A stretch of DNA of 64,000 bases from an uncultured delta proteobacterium (GTDB lineage: Bacteria; Myxococcota; Myxococcia; Myxococcales; Myxococcaceae), in NCBI GenBank assembly GCA_963796055.1, contig CAWCKH010000006.1, forward strand, positions 1 through 64,000. Direction: 5' to 3'. The notes under the pieces were generated by a model. The model saw only the letters and a list, made by a program, of their open reading frames with translations, made no database searches and had not been told where the DNA came from. The translations under genes were made by a program, and so were the position numbers. This document shows positions 30,352 to 41,002 of the stretch, one piece after another; position 1 is the stretch's first letter; each line of letters begins with the position of its first letter.

Positions 30352-30445
30352 CGGTGCTGTCGTCGCCACTGGTGCTGTCGTCGTCACAAGTGTCTCGCTC
30401 CGGAGTCCAAGCAAGAAACGCCCACGGGTACCGCAGGCTTCCGTC

Positions 30446-30508
30446 TTGCTGTCAGCCCCCCCGTCGTTATAATCGACCTATCCGGTCCACATTGGTAGGC
30501 CAATGTAG
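30446..30508 (+). promoter_or_regulatory. Sigma70-type promoter of the isc operon with an overlapping IscR/Rrf2-like palindrome
   Basis: TTGCTG (30446), 16-nt spacer, TATAAT (30468); ATAATCGACC-TATCC-GGTCCACATT; ACATTGG-TAGG-CCAATGT inverted repeat. Confidence 0.65.
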
Positions 30509-30530
30509 GCAGGTGGCCCGAAACGACCCG

Positions 30531-31892
30531 ATGAACCTCCCGATCTACATGGATAACCATGCCACGACCGCGCTCGATCCGCGCGTGCTCGAGGCCATGC
30601 TCCCCTATCTGCGGGAGGACTTCGGAAACGCCGCTTCTCGGAACCATGCGTTCGGCTGGCGGGCCGAAGCAGCGGTCGAGCAAGCGCGCGCCCAGGTGGC
30701 GGCGCTCATCGGCGCCCAGGCGAACGAGATCGTCTTCACCAGCGGTGCCACCGAGTCGGACAATCTGGCGCTCAAGGGCGCGGCCGAGTTCTACCGGTCC
30801 AAGGGTGACCACATCATCACCCTCAAGACCGAGCACAAGGCCATCCTCGACTCGGGCAAGCGGCTGGAGCGCATGCGGCAGGAGCGGCTGGAGGAGCTGA
30901 AGCTGCTCCGGCTGATGGAGCTGACCGGCGGCGAGGTGAAGCCCGAGGACGTGGACGCCCTCGCCTCGCAGTACAAGCTGGACCAGGACCCGCTGCTGCA
31001 GCGCTGGAGCTCGGTCGTCCAGACGGGCGCCCGGGTGACGTACCTGGACGTGGAAAAGGACGGGCGGCTGAGCCTGGCCAAGCTCGAGGCGGCGATCACC
31101 GACAAGACCATCCTGGTCTCGGTGATGCTGGCCAACAACGAGATCGGCACCGTGCAGCCGCTCGCGGAGATCGGCAAGCTCTGCCGCTCCCGCGGGGTGC
31201 TCTTCCACTCCGACGCGGTCCAGGGCGTGGGGAAGGTCCCCTTCGACGTCGACTCGATGAAGATCGACCTGGCCTCGGTGACCGCGCACAAGATCTACGG
31301 CCCCAAGGGCATCGGTGCGCTTTATGTGCGCCGGAAGCCGCGGGTGCGCATTGCCCCGATCATCGACGGCGGCGGGCACGAGCGCGGGATGCGCTCGGGG
31401 ACGCTGAACGTGGCGGGCATCGTCGGGTTCGGGAAGGCGGCGGAGATCGCCCGGGCGGAGATGGCGGCCGAGTCGGTGCGCATCCTCGCTCTGCGCGAGC
31501 GACTGCGGGCCAAGCTCACGGCCGAGCTGGACATGGTCATCCTCAACGGCTCGCTCGAGCACCGGCTCCCGGGAAACCTGAACGTCTCCTTCGCCTACGT
31601 CGAGGGCGAGGCCCTGATGATGGCCATCAAGGACGTGGCGGTGAGCTCGGGCAGCGCCTGCACCTCGGCGTCGCTCGAGCCGTCCTACGTGCTCCGGGCC
31701 CTGGGCGTGGAGGAGGACATGGCGCACTCCTCCATCCGCTTCGGGCTCGGCCGGTTCAACACCGAGGCCCAGGTAGACACGGTGGCACGGTTGGTGGTGG
31801 ACAAGGTGAAGAAGCTGCGCGAGATGAGCCCGTTGTATGAGATGGCCCGTGAGGGCGTGGACCTCAAGTCCATCGCCTGGGCGGCCCACTAG
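30531..31892 (+). CDS. iscS: Cysteine desulfurase with an internal insertion
   Basis: [44 protein letters not shown]. Confidence 0.97.
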   Translation: MNLPIYMDNHATTALDPRVLEAMLPYLREDFGNAASRNHAFGWRAEAAVEQARAQVAALIGAQANEIVFTSGATESDNLALKGAAEFYRSKGDHIITLKTEHKAILDSGKRLERMRQERLEELKLLRLMELTGGEVKPEDVDALASQYKLDQDPLLQRWSSVVQTGARVTYLDVEKDGRLSLAKLEAAITDKTILVSVMLANNEIGTVQPLAEIGKLCRSRGVLFHSDAVQGVGKVPFDVDSMKIDLASVTAHKIYGPKGIGALYVRRKPRVRIAPIIDGGGHERGMRSGTLNVAGIVGFGKAAEIARAEMAAESVRILALRERLRAKLTAELDMVILNGSLEHRLPGNLNVSFAYVEGEALMMAIKDVAVSSGSACTSASLEPSYVLRALGVEEDMAHSSIRFGLGRFNTEAQVDTVARLVVDKVKKLREMSPLYEMAREGVDLKSIAWAAH

Positions 31893-31903
31893 GAAGAACT
31901 GCC

Positions 31904-32317
31904 ATGGCTTACAGCGACAAGGTCGTCGACCACTACGAGAACCCGCGCAACGTCGGGACGCTGGACAAGAGTGACCCCAACGTGGGCACCGGTCTGGTCG
32001 GCGCCCCGGCCTGCGGAGACGTGATGCGGCTGCAGCTGCGAGTCTCCGACGAGGGCATCATCCAGGACGCCAAGTTCAAGACCTTCGGCTGCGGCTCGGC
32101 CATTGCCAGCAGCTCGCTGGTCACCGAGTGGGTGAAGGGCAAGACGGTGGACGAGGCGACGGAGATCACCAACAAGGAGATCGCCAAGGAGCTGTCGCTC
32201 CCGCCGGTGAAGATCCACTGCTCGGTGCTGGCCGAGGACGCGATCAAGGCCGCCATCGCGGACTTCAAGAAGAAGCGGGCCGAGCGTCAGGCCGCGGCGA
32301 AGGCCACTGCGAGTTGA
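31904..32317 (+). CDS. iscU: Fe-S scaffold protein
   Basis: DHYENPRNVG, GAPACGD, FGCGSAIA, LPPVKIHCS. Confidence 0.98.
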   Translation: MAYSDKVVDHYENPRNVGTLDKSDPNVGTGLVGAPACGDVMRLQLRVSDEGIIQDAKFKTFGCGSAIASSSLVTEWVKGKTVDEATEITNKEIAKELSLPPVKIHCSVLAEDAIKAAIADFKKKRAERQAAAKATAS

Positions 32318-32697
32318 TGGACGCTTCCCCCCAGAACGCCGCTCCGGCCGCCGCCCCCCGCCCTGGACTGAAGACCTTCAGCGTCTCCGACGGCGCGGCA
32401 GCCCGCATCAAGGTCCTGCTCGCCCAGCGGAACACGCCGGAGGCAGGGCTGCGGGTGGCGGTGCGCGGTGGAGGCTGCTCGGGCCTGTCCTACGTCATCG
32501 AGTGGGCCGAGGCTCCCCGGGAGCGGGACAAGATCTTCGAGAAGAACGGGATCCGCGTCTTCGTGGACCCCAAGAGCTACCTCTACCTGATGGGCTCCGA
32601 GCTCCGGTACGAGGAGACGCTGATGGCCTCCGGCTTCAAGCTGGAGAACCCCAACGTGAAGACCGCCTGCGGGTGCGGCGAGAGCTTCTCGGTCTAG
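32317..32697 (+). CDS. iscA: A-type Fe-S carrier
   Basis: GGGCSGLSY, NPN....CGCGESF. Confidence 0.95.
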   Translation: MDASPQNAAPAAAPRPGLKTFSVSDGAAARIKVLLAQRNTPEAGLRVAVRGGGCSGLSYVIEWAEAPRERDKIFEKNGIRVFVDPKSYLYLMGSELRYEETLMASGFKLENPNVKTACGCGESFSV

Positions 32698-32708
32698 GAG
32701 CGCCGGCC

Positions 32709-33329
32709 GTGCGCTGCTGGAACTGCCAGTCCGAGGTGTCCGGCGCCGACGTCTGCCCCGGCTGCGAGAAGGTCCAGCCGGTCGCTCCCGGGACGACGCT
32801 CTTCGACGTGCTCGGGCTCCCGCGCGGCGTCGACGTGGACCGCGCGGAGCTGGAGCGCGCCTACCGCGAGCGGTCCCTGCGCCTCCACCCGGACCGTGCG
32901 GGGAAAGACGACCCGCGCGAGCGGCGGCTCTCGCTCGAGCGCACCGCGCTCCTGAACGAGGCTTACAAGACGCTGCGCGCCGCCGAGCCGCGGGCCTTCT
33001 ACCTCCTCAAGCTCCACGGGCTCGACCTCCAGAAGGACGAGGCGCGGGCAATCACCGTCCCCCCGAAGGTCCTGGAAGAGGTGCTCGAGATGCGCGAGCA
33101 GCTCGACTCGGCCCGGGCGGCCGGAGACGACGAACAGGTTTCCGCGCTCTCCGACCGGGTGCGGGTCCAGTCGGCGACGACGCTCTCCGCAGCGCAATCC
33201 GCACTCCGCCGGCTGGAGGGCACTCCGGGCGACGCCGGGGCTCGCGACGAGGCGGCGCAAGCGCTCGCCCGGCTCCGGTACCACCACCGGTTCCTCGAGG
33301 CGGCCGAGAACTCCGACGAGGAGGGCTGA
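32709..33329 (+). CDS. hscB: Co-chaperone HscB with N-terminal CxxC-CxxC
   Basis: CWNC...CPGC, J-domain HPD, LNEAYKTL, RAFYLL. Confidence 0.92.
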   Translation: MRCWNCQSEVSGADVCPGCEKVQPVAPGTTLFDVLGLPRGVDVDRAELERAYRERSLRLHPDRAGKDDPRERRLSLERTALLNEAYKTLRAAEPRAFYLLKLHGLDLQKDEARAITVPPKVLEEVLEMREQLDSARAAGDDEQVSALSDRVRVQSATTLSAAQSALRRLEGTPGDAGARDEAAQALARLRYHHRFLEAAENSDEEG

Positions 33330-33332
33330 GCC

Positions 33333-35177
<1,845 letters not shown>

Positions 35178-35178
35178 G

Positions 35179-35556
35179 ATGCCTCGCGTCCGGTTCCGGA
35201 GCCCCTTCGACGACGTGACGGTCGAGGTCCCGGAGGGGACCAGCATCCTGGACGCGGCCGAGAAGTGCGGGGCCACGGTGGGGCATGCTTGCGGCGGGGT
35301 CTGCGCCTGCTCGACCTGTCACGTCTGGGTGCGTCGAGGGCTGGAGTCGCTCTCGGAGCAGGAGGACGCGGAGGCGGACCGGCTGGACCAGGCGTTCGAC
35401 GTGCGCTCCTACTCCCGGCTCTCCTGCCAGTCCCTGGTGGGCAGCGAGGACGTTGACGTGGACATCACCCAGGAGTCGCTCCAGGCCTTCCTCGACGAGA
35501 ATCCGGAGCTGCGGCACCGGCTGGAGTCCGAGGGGAAGTGGCCCTTGAAACGGTGA
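35179..35556 (+). CDS. fdx: ISC-type 2Fe-2S ferredoxin
   Basis: HACGGVCACSTCH...SRLSCQ. Confidence 0.95.
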   Translation: MPRVRFRSPFDDVTVEVPEGTSILDAAEKCGATVGHACGGVCACSTCHVWVRRGLESLSEQEDAEADRLDQAFDVRSYSRLSCQSLVGSEDVDVDITQESLQAFLDENPELRHRLESEGKWPLKR

Positions 35557-35573
35557 GGCACTGCTCCTATAAG
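35545..35573 (+). promoter_or_regulatory. Sigma70 promoter for tRNA-Leu
   Basis: TTGAAA (35545), 17-nt spacer, TATAAG (35568), followed by a GC-rich discriminator. Confidence 0.7.
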
Positions 35574-35588
35574 GCCCGCCTCCGCACC

Positions 35589-35670
35589 GCCCAGGTGGTG
35601 GAATTGGTAGACACACTAGATTCAGGGTCTAGCGCCGCGAGGCATGGAGGTTCGAGTCCTCTCCTGGGCA
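35589..35670 (+). tRNA. tRNA-Leu(CAG)
   Basis: GCCCAGG/CCTGGGC acceptor stem, anticodon arm CTAGA-TTCAGGG-TCTAG, long variable arm, GGTTCGAGTCC; CCA not encoded. Confidence 0.96.
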
Positions 35671-35744
35671 CTCAGTCGATGGACACCGCTGGCGTTCCGA
35701 GCCCGCCTCCGCCTCTCCGCCCATGGGGTCTTCGCTGGTAGCAT

Positions 35745-36500
35745 GTGAGGGTGCCGAGCGTCTCTCGTCGGCGGTCACTCGAGGACGGAGTCGTGGACGT
35801 GTGGTTCCTCGATCGTCCGGCGGCCTCGGCCCTCCCCGAGTCTTGGGTTCAGGCCCTCGACCCGGAGGAGCGTGCTCGGGCGAACGCGTTCCGGACTCCG
35901 GAACTCCGCGCCCGGTTCGTGGCCGCGCACGCGCTCGTGCGGACCGCCCTCGCAAGCTACGCGCCGCTCGGGCCCGAGGAGTGGCGCTTCGCCCACGGGC
36001 CGACGGGACGGCCGTCTCTTGTGGATCCACCGATCGATCTGCGGTTCAGCCTGAGCCACGCCGGAGCGCATGCCGCCGTCGCGGTCGCGGTCGGACGGAG
36101 GATCGGGCTGGACCTCGAGGAGATCGACGCAGCCGGGGACGCGCTCGGCATCGCCAGCCGCTTCTTCACCCCGTCCGAGCTGGCGATGCTCCGGGCTTGC
36201 GACGACCCGGAACGCGCGCAGCGCTTCACCACGCTCTGGACGGTCAAGGAGGCGGTGCTGAAGGCGCGAGGAGCGGGTCTGGCCTCGGGGTTGACGACGG
36301 TCGAGGTGCAGCTGGATTCCTCCGGAAACCTTCTCCCGGTGTCCGCTCCCGGCGGGCCGTGGAGCGTCGCTGCCTGGTCTCCCGCGACCCGACTCCGGGC
36401 GGCGCTCGCCGTTCAGGCCGGCACGCTGCTCACGCTGAGGGTCCTCGTGGCCATTCCGCTCGGAGCCGTGCGAGAAGCGCCCGAGCTCGGCCTCGGCTGA
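35745..36500 (+). CDS. Sfp-type 4'-phosphopantetheinyl transferase
   Basis: GRP, FSLSH, IGLDLE, LWTVKEAVLKARGAGL. Confidence 0.92.
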   Translation: MRVPSVSRRRSLEDGVVDVWFLDRPAASALPESWVQALDPEERARANAFRTPELRARFVAAHALVRTALASYAPLGPEEWRFAHGPTGRPSLVDPPIDLRFSLSHAGAHAAVAVAVGRRIGLDLEEIDAAGDALGIASRFFTPSELAMLRACDDPERAQRFTTLWTVKEAVLKARGAGLASGLTTVEVQLDSSGNLLPVSAPGGPWSVAAWSPATRLRAALAVQAGTLLTLRVLVAIPLGAVREAPELGLG

Positions 36501-36532
36501 GCCGGCCATGCACCGGCAAGGACCAAGCCCTG

Positions 36533-36682
36533 ACTGCGGCCGCCTGGCTCGCCCGGCGGCGGACCCGTGCATCCTCTCTGTCGCTCCGCCCGCGGACGCC
36601 CGACCCAGCCGTAACTGCGGCCGCCTGGCGGGCCCGGCGGCGGACCCGCGCATCCTTTCTGTTGCTCTGCCCGCGGACGCCC
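36533..36682. repeat. Tandem direct repeat, 2 x 69 bp, period 81
   Basis: Copies at 36533-36601 and 36614-36682 differ at 6 positions by manual comparison. Confidence 0.85.
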
Positions 36683-36686
36683 TGAC

Positions 36687-38486
36687 CTAGCGAGCGGCAC
36701 TCCGGCGCATCCCGAGCCCGAGCCGCCGCGACAGCCGCTCGACCACGCGCTCGGTGAGGAGTTCCTGCGCCCACAACTGCTCGAAGGTGTGGGAAGGCCC
36801 CTCTACGACGTCGACCTCGAAGGACGGGGCGCGCGAGAGCTGCCTCAGGACGGGCCCGGCCTCGCGCGCGAGGGCATCCACTCCTTCGTCGTCCGCTCCG
36901 AAGAGGAAATACACGTCGGTTCCACGTTGAACAAGGTCGCGCAGGTGACGGCCGACCTCGGGCTCCTCGCGGCGGAGCCCACCGGCCGCGCGCTCCCGGA
37001 GCCGCCGCCAGCCGCGGGCCACCAGCACCTGGCTCAGGTGGCGCAGCTGGAGCTCGCCCCTGATCGCCCTTCGCCATGTCTCGAGCCGGAGCAGCGCCCT
37101 CCGGTAGTAGCGCATCGACCCCAGCGTCTCCCGCTGACGGACGTCGAGCGAGTCCCCCTCCTTCCAGGTGAAGGTCTGGGGATTCACCGCCACCACGCCC
37201 GTGACGCGGAGGTCCACCACCGCCCCGTGGTATGCGAGGTACGCGCCGGAGCACAGCCCCACCAGGACGAAGCGCCGCGCGCCGGTGCTTTGCTCCAGGG
37301 CGTCCATCACCTCGCGCACCTCGGGAACCGACTCGGTGCCGTAAGCGTGGGTGGGGCTCTCGCCCGGGAGGAGCAAGCTGTCCCCCACGCCGGTCAGGTC
37401 GAAGCGGAGCGTCCGCAGCCCGAGGCCGGAGAGCGCCCGGGCGAGCCGTACCCAGAGGCGGTTCGGCCCGATGTGCTGGTGCGAGGCGGTGGTGAGGAAG
37501 AGCACCGTCGGGAGCACCTCGCTGCGCTCACGTACCGGAGCGCTGAGGACGCCCGCCATCATCCCCTCCTCACCGAGGCAGACCGCCTCCTCGACCACGT
37601 CCCGGGCGGCGACCCAGCGGCGCTCCTCGAGCTCGGCCCCCGAAGGGCGGCGAGGCGCGGAGATCGCCTTGCCCGCGACCTCGGCGAGGAACGCGGCGGT
37701 CCGGCCGAGCACGCCCTCGGGAACGACCGACTTCCGCGGCTGCTGCATCATCTCTTGCCAGCCCCTACCGGCCTCCAGCGTCAGCCGGGCACCGCGCTGC
37801 CTCCAGGCGCCGGCGAGTGCCTCGTCGGGCTCGCCCTCGCGCGAGAGGAGGAGCACCCGCGGCGCGGGCGGCCGGGAGAGCGCACGGAGATCGAGAGCCT
37901 CCAGCTCGCCTACCGTCGACCGGGTGAGGCGGTATCCGGCCGCCTCCTCGTCGGCCGCGGTCGGCGTGCCCCGCGGATCGGCGGACACCGCGTTGAGGAG
38001 CCGGTAGGCCCGAAGCTGCCGGACGTAGGCCCGGCCGGTGACGAGGGGCCCCCAGGCCACCAGCGCCTCCACGTCGGTGCGCTCGGCCGCGGCGTGGGCG
38101 GCGAGCGTCGCGCCCATCTGCAGCCCGGCGAGCGCCACGCGGGGAGCGCCCGACGTCCGCCGGGCCGCCTCCACCGCAGCGTGGACCGAGGCGATCCACG
38201 CCGCAACCCGGGCGGGGTCCTCGTCCGAACCTGGCGCGTCACCGGTGCCGGAGTAGTCGAAGCGGAGCACCGGGAAGCCGGCCGCGGCGAGGAGCTCGGC
38301 CCAGCGCACGAGGGTGAGGTACGTCGCCTCCGCCTCCCAGCCGATCGCCGGGCACAGCACCACCGGCAGCGAGCGAGCGTGGCCGCCCACGGGCGGATGC
38401 CACCAGCCGGGAAGGTGCCCCGCACCACACCCGAAGGCGAGCGGCCAGGGCCCGTCCGGGCGTATCACGTGCAGCCCGGGGGTCAA
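36687..38486 (-). CDS. Tandem two-domain alpha/beta-hydrolase-fold protein
   Basis: RFDYSGTGD/GLQMGA in domain 1; RFDLTGVGDS/GLCSGA/HTF in domain 2; TTG start overlapping the GH2 stop, with GGAGG RBS. Confidence 0.85.
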   Translation of the reverse strand: MTPGLHVIRPDGPWPLAFGCGAGHLPGWWHPPVGGHARSLPVVLCPAIGWEAEATYLTLVRWAELLAAAGFPVLRFDYSGTGDAPGSDEDPARVAAWIASVHAAVEAARRTSGAPRVALAGLQMGATLAAHAAAERTDVEALVAWGPLVTGRAYVRQLRAYRLLNAVSADPRGTPTAADEEAAGYRLTRSTVGELEALDLRALSRPPAPRVLLLSREGEPDEALAGAWRQRGARLTLEAGRGWQEMMQQPRKSVVPEGVLGRTAAFLAEVAGKAISAPRRPSGAELEERRWVAARDVVEEAVCLGEEGMMAGVLSAPVRERSEVLPTVLFLTTASHQHIGPNRLWVRLARALSGLGLRTLRFDLTGVGDSLLLPGESPTHAYGTESVPEVREVMDALEQSTGARRFVLVGLCSGAYLAYHGAVVDLRVTGVVAVNPQTFTWKEGDSLDVRQRETLGSMRYYRRALLRLETWRRAIRGELQLRHLSQVLVARGWRRLRERAAGGLRREEPEVGRHLRDLVQRGTDVYFLFGADDEGVDALAREAGPVLRQLSRAPSFEVDVVEGPSHTFEQLWAQELLTERVVERLSRRLGLGMRRSAAR

Positions 38487-40990
38487 GCCTGGCCTCCGAA
38501 GGGCGTGGGACCCGGGGCGTTGAGCGGCCACGCCGTTCCGCGCGGCGTCCCGCGGCGCGACCCCGCCACGAGCTCGACCCGGTGCGGAACCCCGGGCGCG
38601 AGATGGAAGAAGTCGTCCCGCGCCTCGACTCCCTCAATCTCGAGGGACACCGCCTGCGCGAAGCGATTCGCGGTGAGCTGCAGCGCCGATTGACCGCCGA
38701 GGTCCACGGTCTCCACCCGGAGCCGCAGCTCGGGATCGATGGAGGAGTGACGGCCGAGCGGAAAGTGGAAGGCCGCGGCGGAGAGCGGGCGGTCTCCCTC
38801 GCCGAGCCAATGCGCCACGACCAGGTCGTGGCTGGGAGGACCGAACCGGAAGGCGTACCCCACGTCGACGAACGTTCCGAGGACCTCCTCCGCCCAGACG
38901 CGCAACGACCCGCGCGCCTCGACGCGTACCGCCCGCTCGACGCACTGCAGCAGGAGGTGGCCCTCGCGGAAGAGGGTGATCCGCAGCCGCCCGCCGACCA
39001 GCTCCGGCCCGTCGTTGACGAGGTGGACGGCGATGCCGTTCGTTCCCTCGTCGGTCAGGAAGAGCGCTCGCGGGGCGAAGGCTCGCCGCAGCGCCCAGTA
39101 CGCGGACTTCGGGCGGCCGTGGGCGTCGACCACGCCCCACCCTGCCCCGGCCCAGAGGTCACGGAGGAACCAGACCAGGGCGCCGTTACACGTTGCGCCG
39201 TGGCGCCGCCACTCGCCGATCGTGGCGGTCATCACCTCGACGCTCACCGCCCGGCCGAGCGCGAGGTAGCGCTCGGGGTCCGAGGAGCGGACCTGGCCCG
39301 GCTCCACGCCGAAGAGCTGCTGGAGGTAGGCGTCGCGCACGTCCTCGAAGTCCCACTCCGCACCATTGTCTCGCGGCACGCGCGCCTGCCACAGCGGGTC
39401 CGCCGGGAGGCTCCGGACGTCCCCGAGCAGCTCCCGGACGGTCCGGCGGTCCGGCACGTTGGCAAAGGCGAGGCACTCGCTCGCGAACTTCACCTCCGCG
39501 CGGCGCGCATCCTCGAGCGGACGCCGGTAGGCCCCGACGCCGTAGTAGTGGGCCACGCCCTCGCCCGGCTGGAACGGAAGCGCACCTCCGCTCGGGCTGC
39601 TCGGGACGTAGGGCACGTCGGAGCCGGCCCGGACGCGCCCGGGGAGCACCTCGGCGAAGAGCGGGCCGCGCCAGAGATCCCGCTCGAGCCCGAGCATCGC
39701 GGCCTGCTGCTCGACCTCGCTGTTTCCGCAAAAGACCGCGGTGCTCGGCCGCCACCCGATGCGCGCCACCACCTCGTCGGCCTCGGCAGTCACCGCGCCG
39801 AGGAAGGCCGGATCGTCCCCCGGGTAGTCCAGGTTGGCGAACATGAAGTCCTGCCACACCAGGATGCCGAGGGCGTCGCAGGCGTCGTGGAACGCATCGT
39901 CCTCGTAGGCGAACGGCCCGGCGATGCGGAGCATGTTCATCCCGGCGTCGCGGGCCTGCTCGAGCGCCACCCCGAGCGCACCGGGAGCCGAACAGAGCGA
40001 GAGGACGTCGAGCGGTGTCCACGAGGCGCCGCGGCAGAAGATCCGCGTCCCGTTCACCCGCAGGCCGAAGCCGCCCCCCGCGGTGTCCGCCTCGAGAGAG
40101 CGGAACCCCACCGGCGCGAGCTCCACCTGGCCCACCCCCGGCAGGTGAATCTCGGGGCGGAACAGCACCGGCCGCCCGTGGGTGTGCGGCCACCAGCGCT
40201 CGATGTCGGGGAGCTCGATGCGCCCGGCGAGCTCCACGACGCCGGGCGCGAGCGAGCGGCCGGCGAGGGCGGTCTCCCGGCCGGCGATTCGGAGCTCGGC
40301 GGAGGACACGCGGTGGGCCGGGGCGCGGACGCGGAGCGACACCTCCAGCGTGCCGGTCGTTCCCGAGACCGTGGTCCGCAGCGTGGCTCCGAGCACCTCG
40401 GGCCCACGGCCGTGCTCGAGGAGCACCGGCCGGAAGGGGCCCACCGGCGGCGCGGGCGGCGTCCAGCCCGGGATGCGCCCGAGGAAGGTCGTCCGCCACC
40501 ACCGCAGCTGCTGCTGGGTGACGAGCCGCGTCTTCCAGCGCGGGCGTGGCCGCCTGGCGGCGAGGAGCGGACCGAGCGCGAGGAAGCGCAGGTGCAGCAC
40601 GTTCTCCGCGCGGATCAGCGGCCCCACATCGAGCCGGTGCCGCTGCCACATCGACTCGGAACGGAGGAGCCGCGTCCCGTTGAGCCACACCTCGGCCACC
40701 GTCGCCAGCCCGTCGAGACGGAGGGCGACATTCTCCGCGCCGGCCGGCCCCCGGAAGCGGAGCCGGTACCAGACGTCGGAATCGTCGAGGTCCCCCGCAC
40801 CGGTCGGGTCAACGCCGCGGGCGCGGAGCGCGCTGGCCAGCGTTCCCGGCACCTCGGCCGGCATCCACGGCTCGCCGAGTGCCTCCACCGCCGAGGGCGA
40901 GTCCGCCGCGTCCGGGGCGGTCCGGAGAAGCTCCCAGCCCTCCGCCAGAGCCCAGCGCTCCTGCCATTCGGTTCGCCGGATGCAGGCCAT
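38483..40990 (-). CDS. Glycoside hydrolase family 2 (beta-mannosidase-like), no signal peptide
   Basis: DGLAT.AEVWLNG, WWP, NMLR, GILVWQDFMFAN, CGNSE, FASE. Confidence 0.9.
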   Translation of the reverse strand: MACIRRTEWQERWALAEGWELLRTAPDAADSPSAVEALGEPWMPAEVPGTLASALRARGVDPTGAGDLDDSDVWYRLRFRGPAGAENVALRLDGLATVAEVWLNGTRLLRSESMWQRHRLDVGPLIRAENVLHLRFLALGPLLAARRPRPRWKTRLVTQQQLRWWRTTFLGRIPGWTPPAPPVGPFRPVLLEHGRGPEVLGATLRTTVSGTTGTLEVSLRVRAPAHRVSSAELRIAGRETALAGRSLAPGVVELAGRIELPDIERWWPHTHGRPVLFRPEIHLPGVGQVELAPVGFRSLEADTAGGGFGLRVNGTRIFCRGASWTPLDVLSLCSAPGALGVALEQARDAGMNMLRIAGPFAYEDDAFHDACDALGILVWQDFMFANLDYPGDDPAFLGAVTAEADEVVARIGWRPSTAVFCGNSEVEQQAAMLGLERDLWRGPLFAEVLPGRVRAGSDVPYVPSSPSGGALPFQPGEGVAHYYGVGAYRRPLEDARRAEVKFASECLAFANVPDRRTVRELLGDVRSLPADPLWQARVPRDNGAEWDFEDVRDAYLQQLFGVEPGQVRSSDPERYLALGRAVSVEVMTATIGEWRRHGATCNGALVWFLRDLWAGAGWGVVDAHGRPKSAYWALRRAFAPRALFLTDEGTNGIAVHLVNDGPELVGGRLRITLFREGHLLLQCVERAVRVEARGSLRVWAEEVLGTFVDVGYAFRFGPPSHDLVVAHWLGEGDRPLSAAAFHFPLGRHSSIDPELRLRVETVDLGGQSALQLTANRFAQAVSLEIEGVEARDDFFHLAPGVPHRVELVAGSRRGTPRGTAWPLNAPGPTPFGGQA

Positions 40991-41002
40991 CGACCGCGCG
41001 CC

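Noticed and set aside
30353..30383. GGTGCTGTCGTCG repeated at 18-bp period upstream of dsbD
   Set aside because: Too short to interpret; could be slippage or an N-terminal extension
30873..31025. IscS insertion as an intein
   Set aside because: Only 51 aa, with no N-terminal Cys/Ser and no C-terminal His-Asn
35671..36700. Integrase or mobile element at tRNA-Leu
   Set aside because: No recombinase or transposase motifs and no att duplication seen in the window
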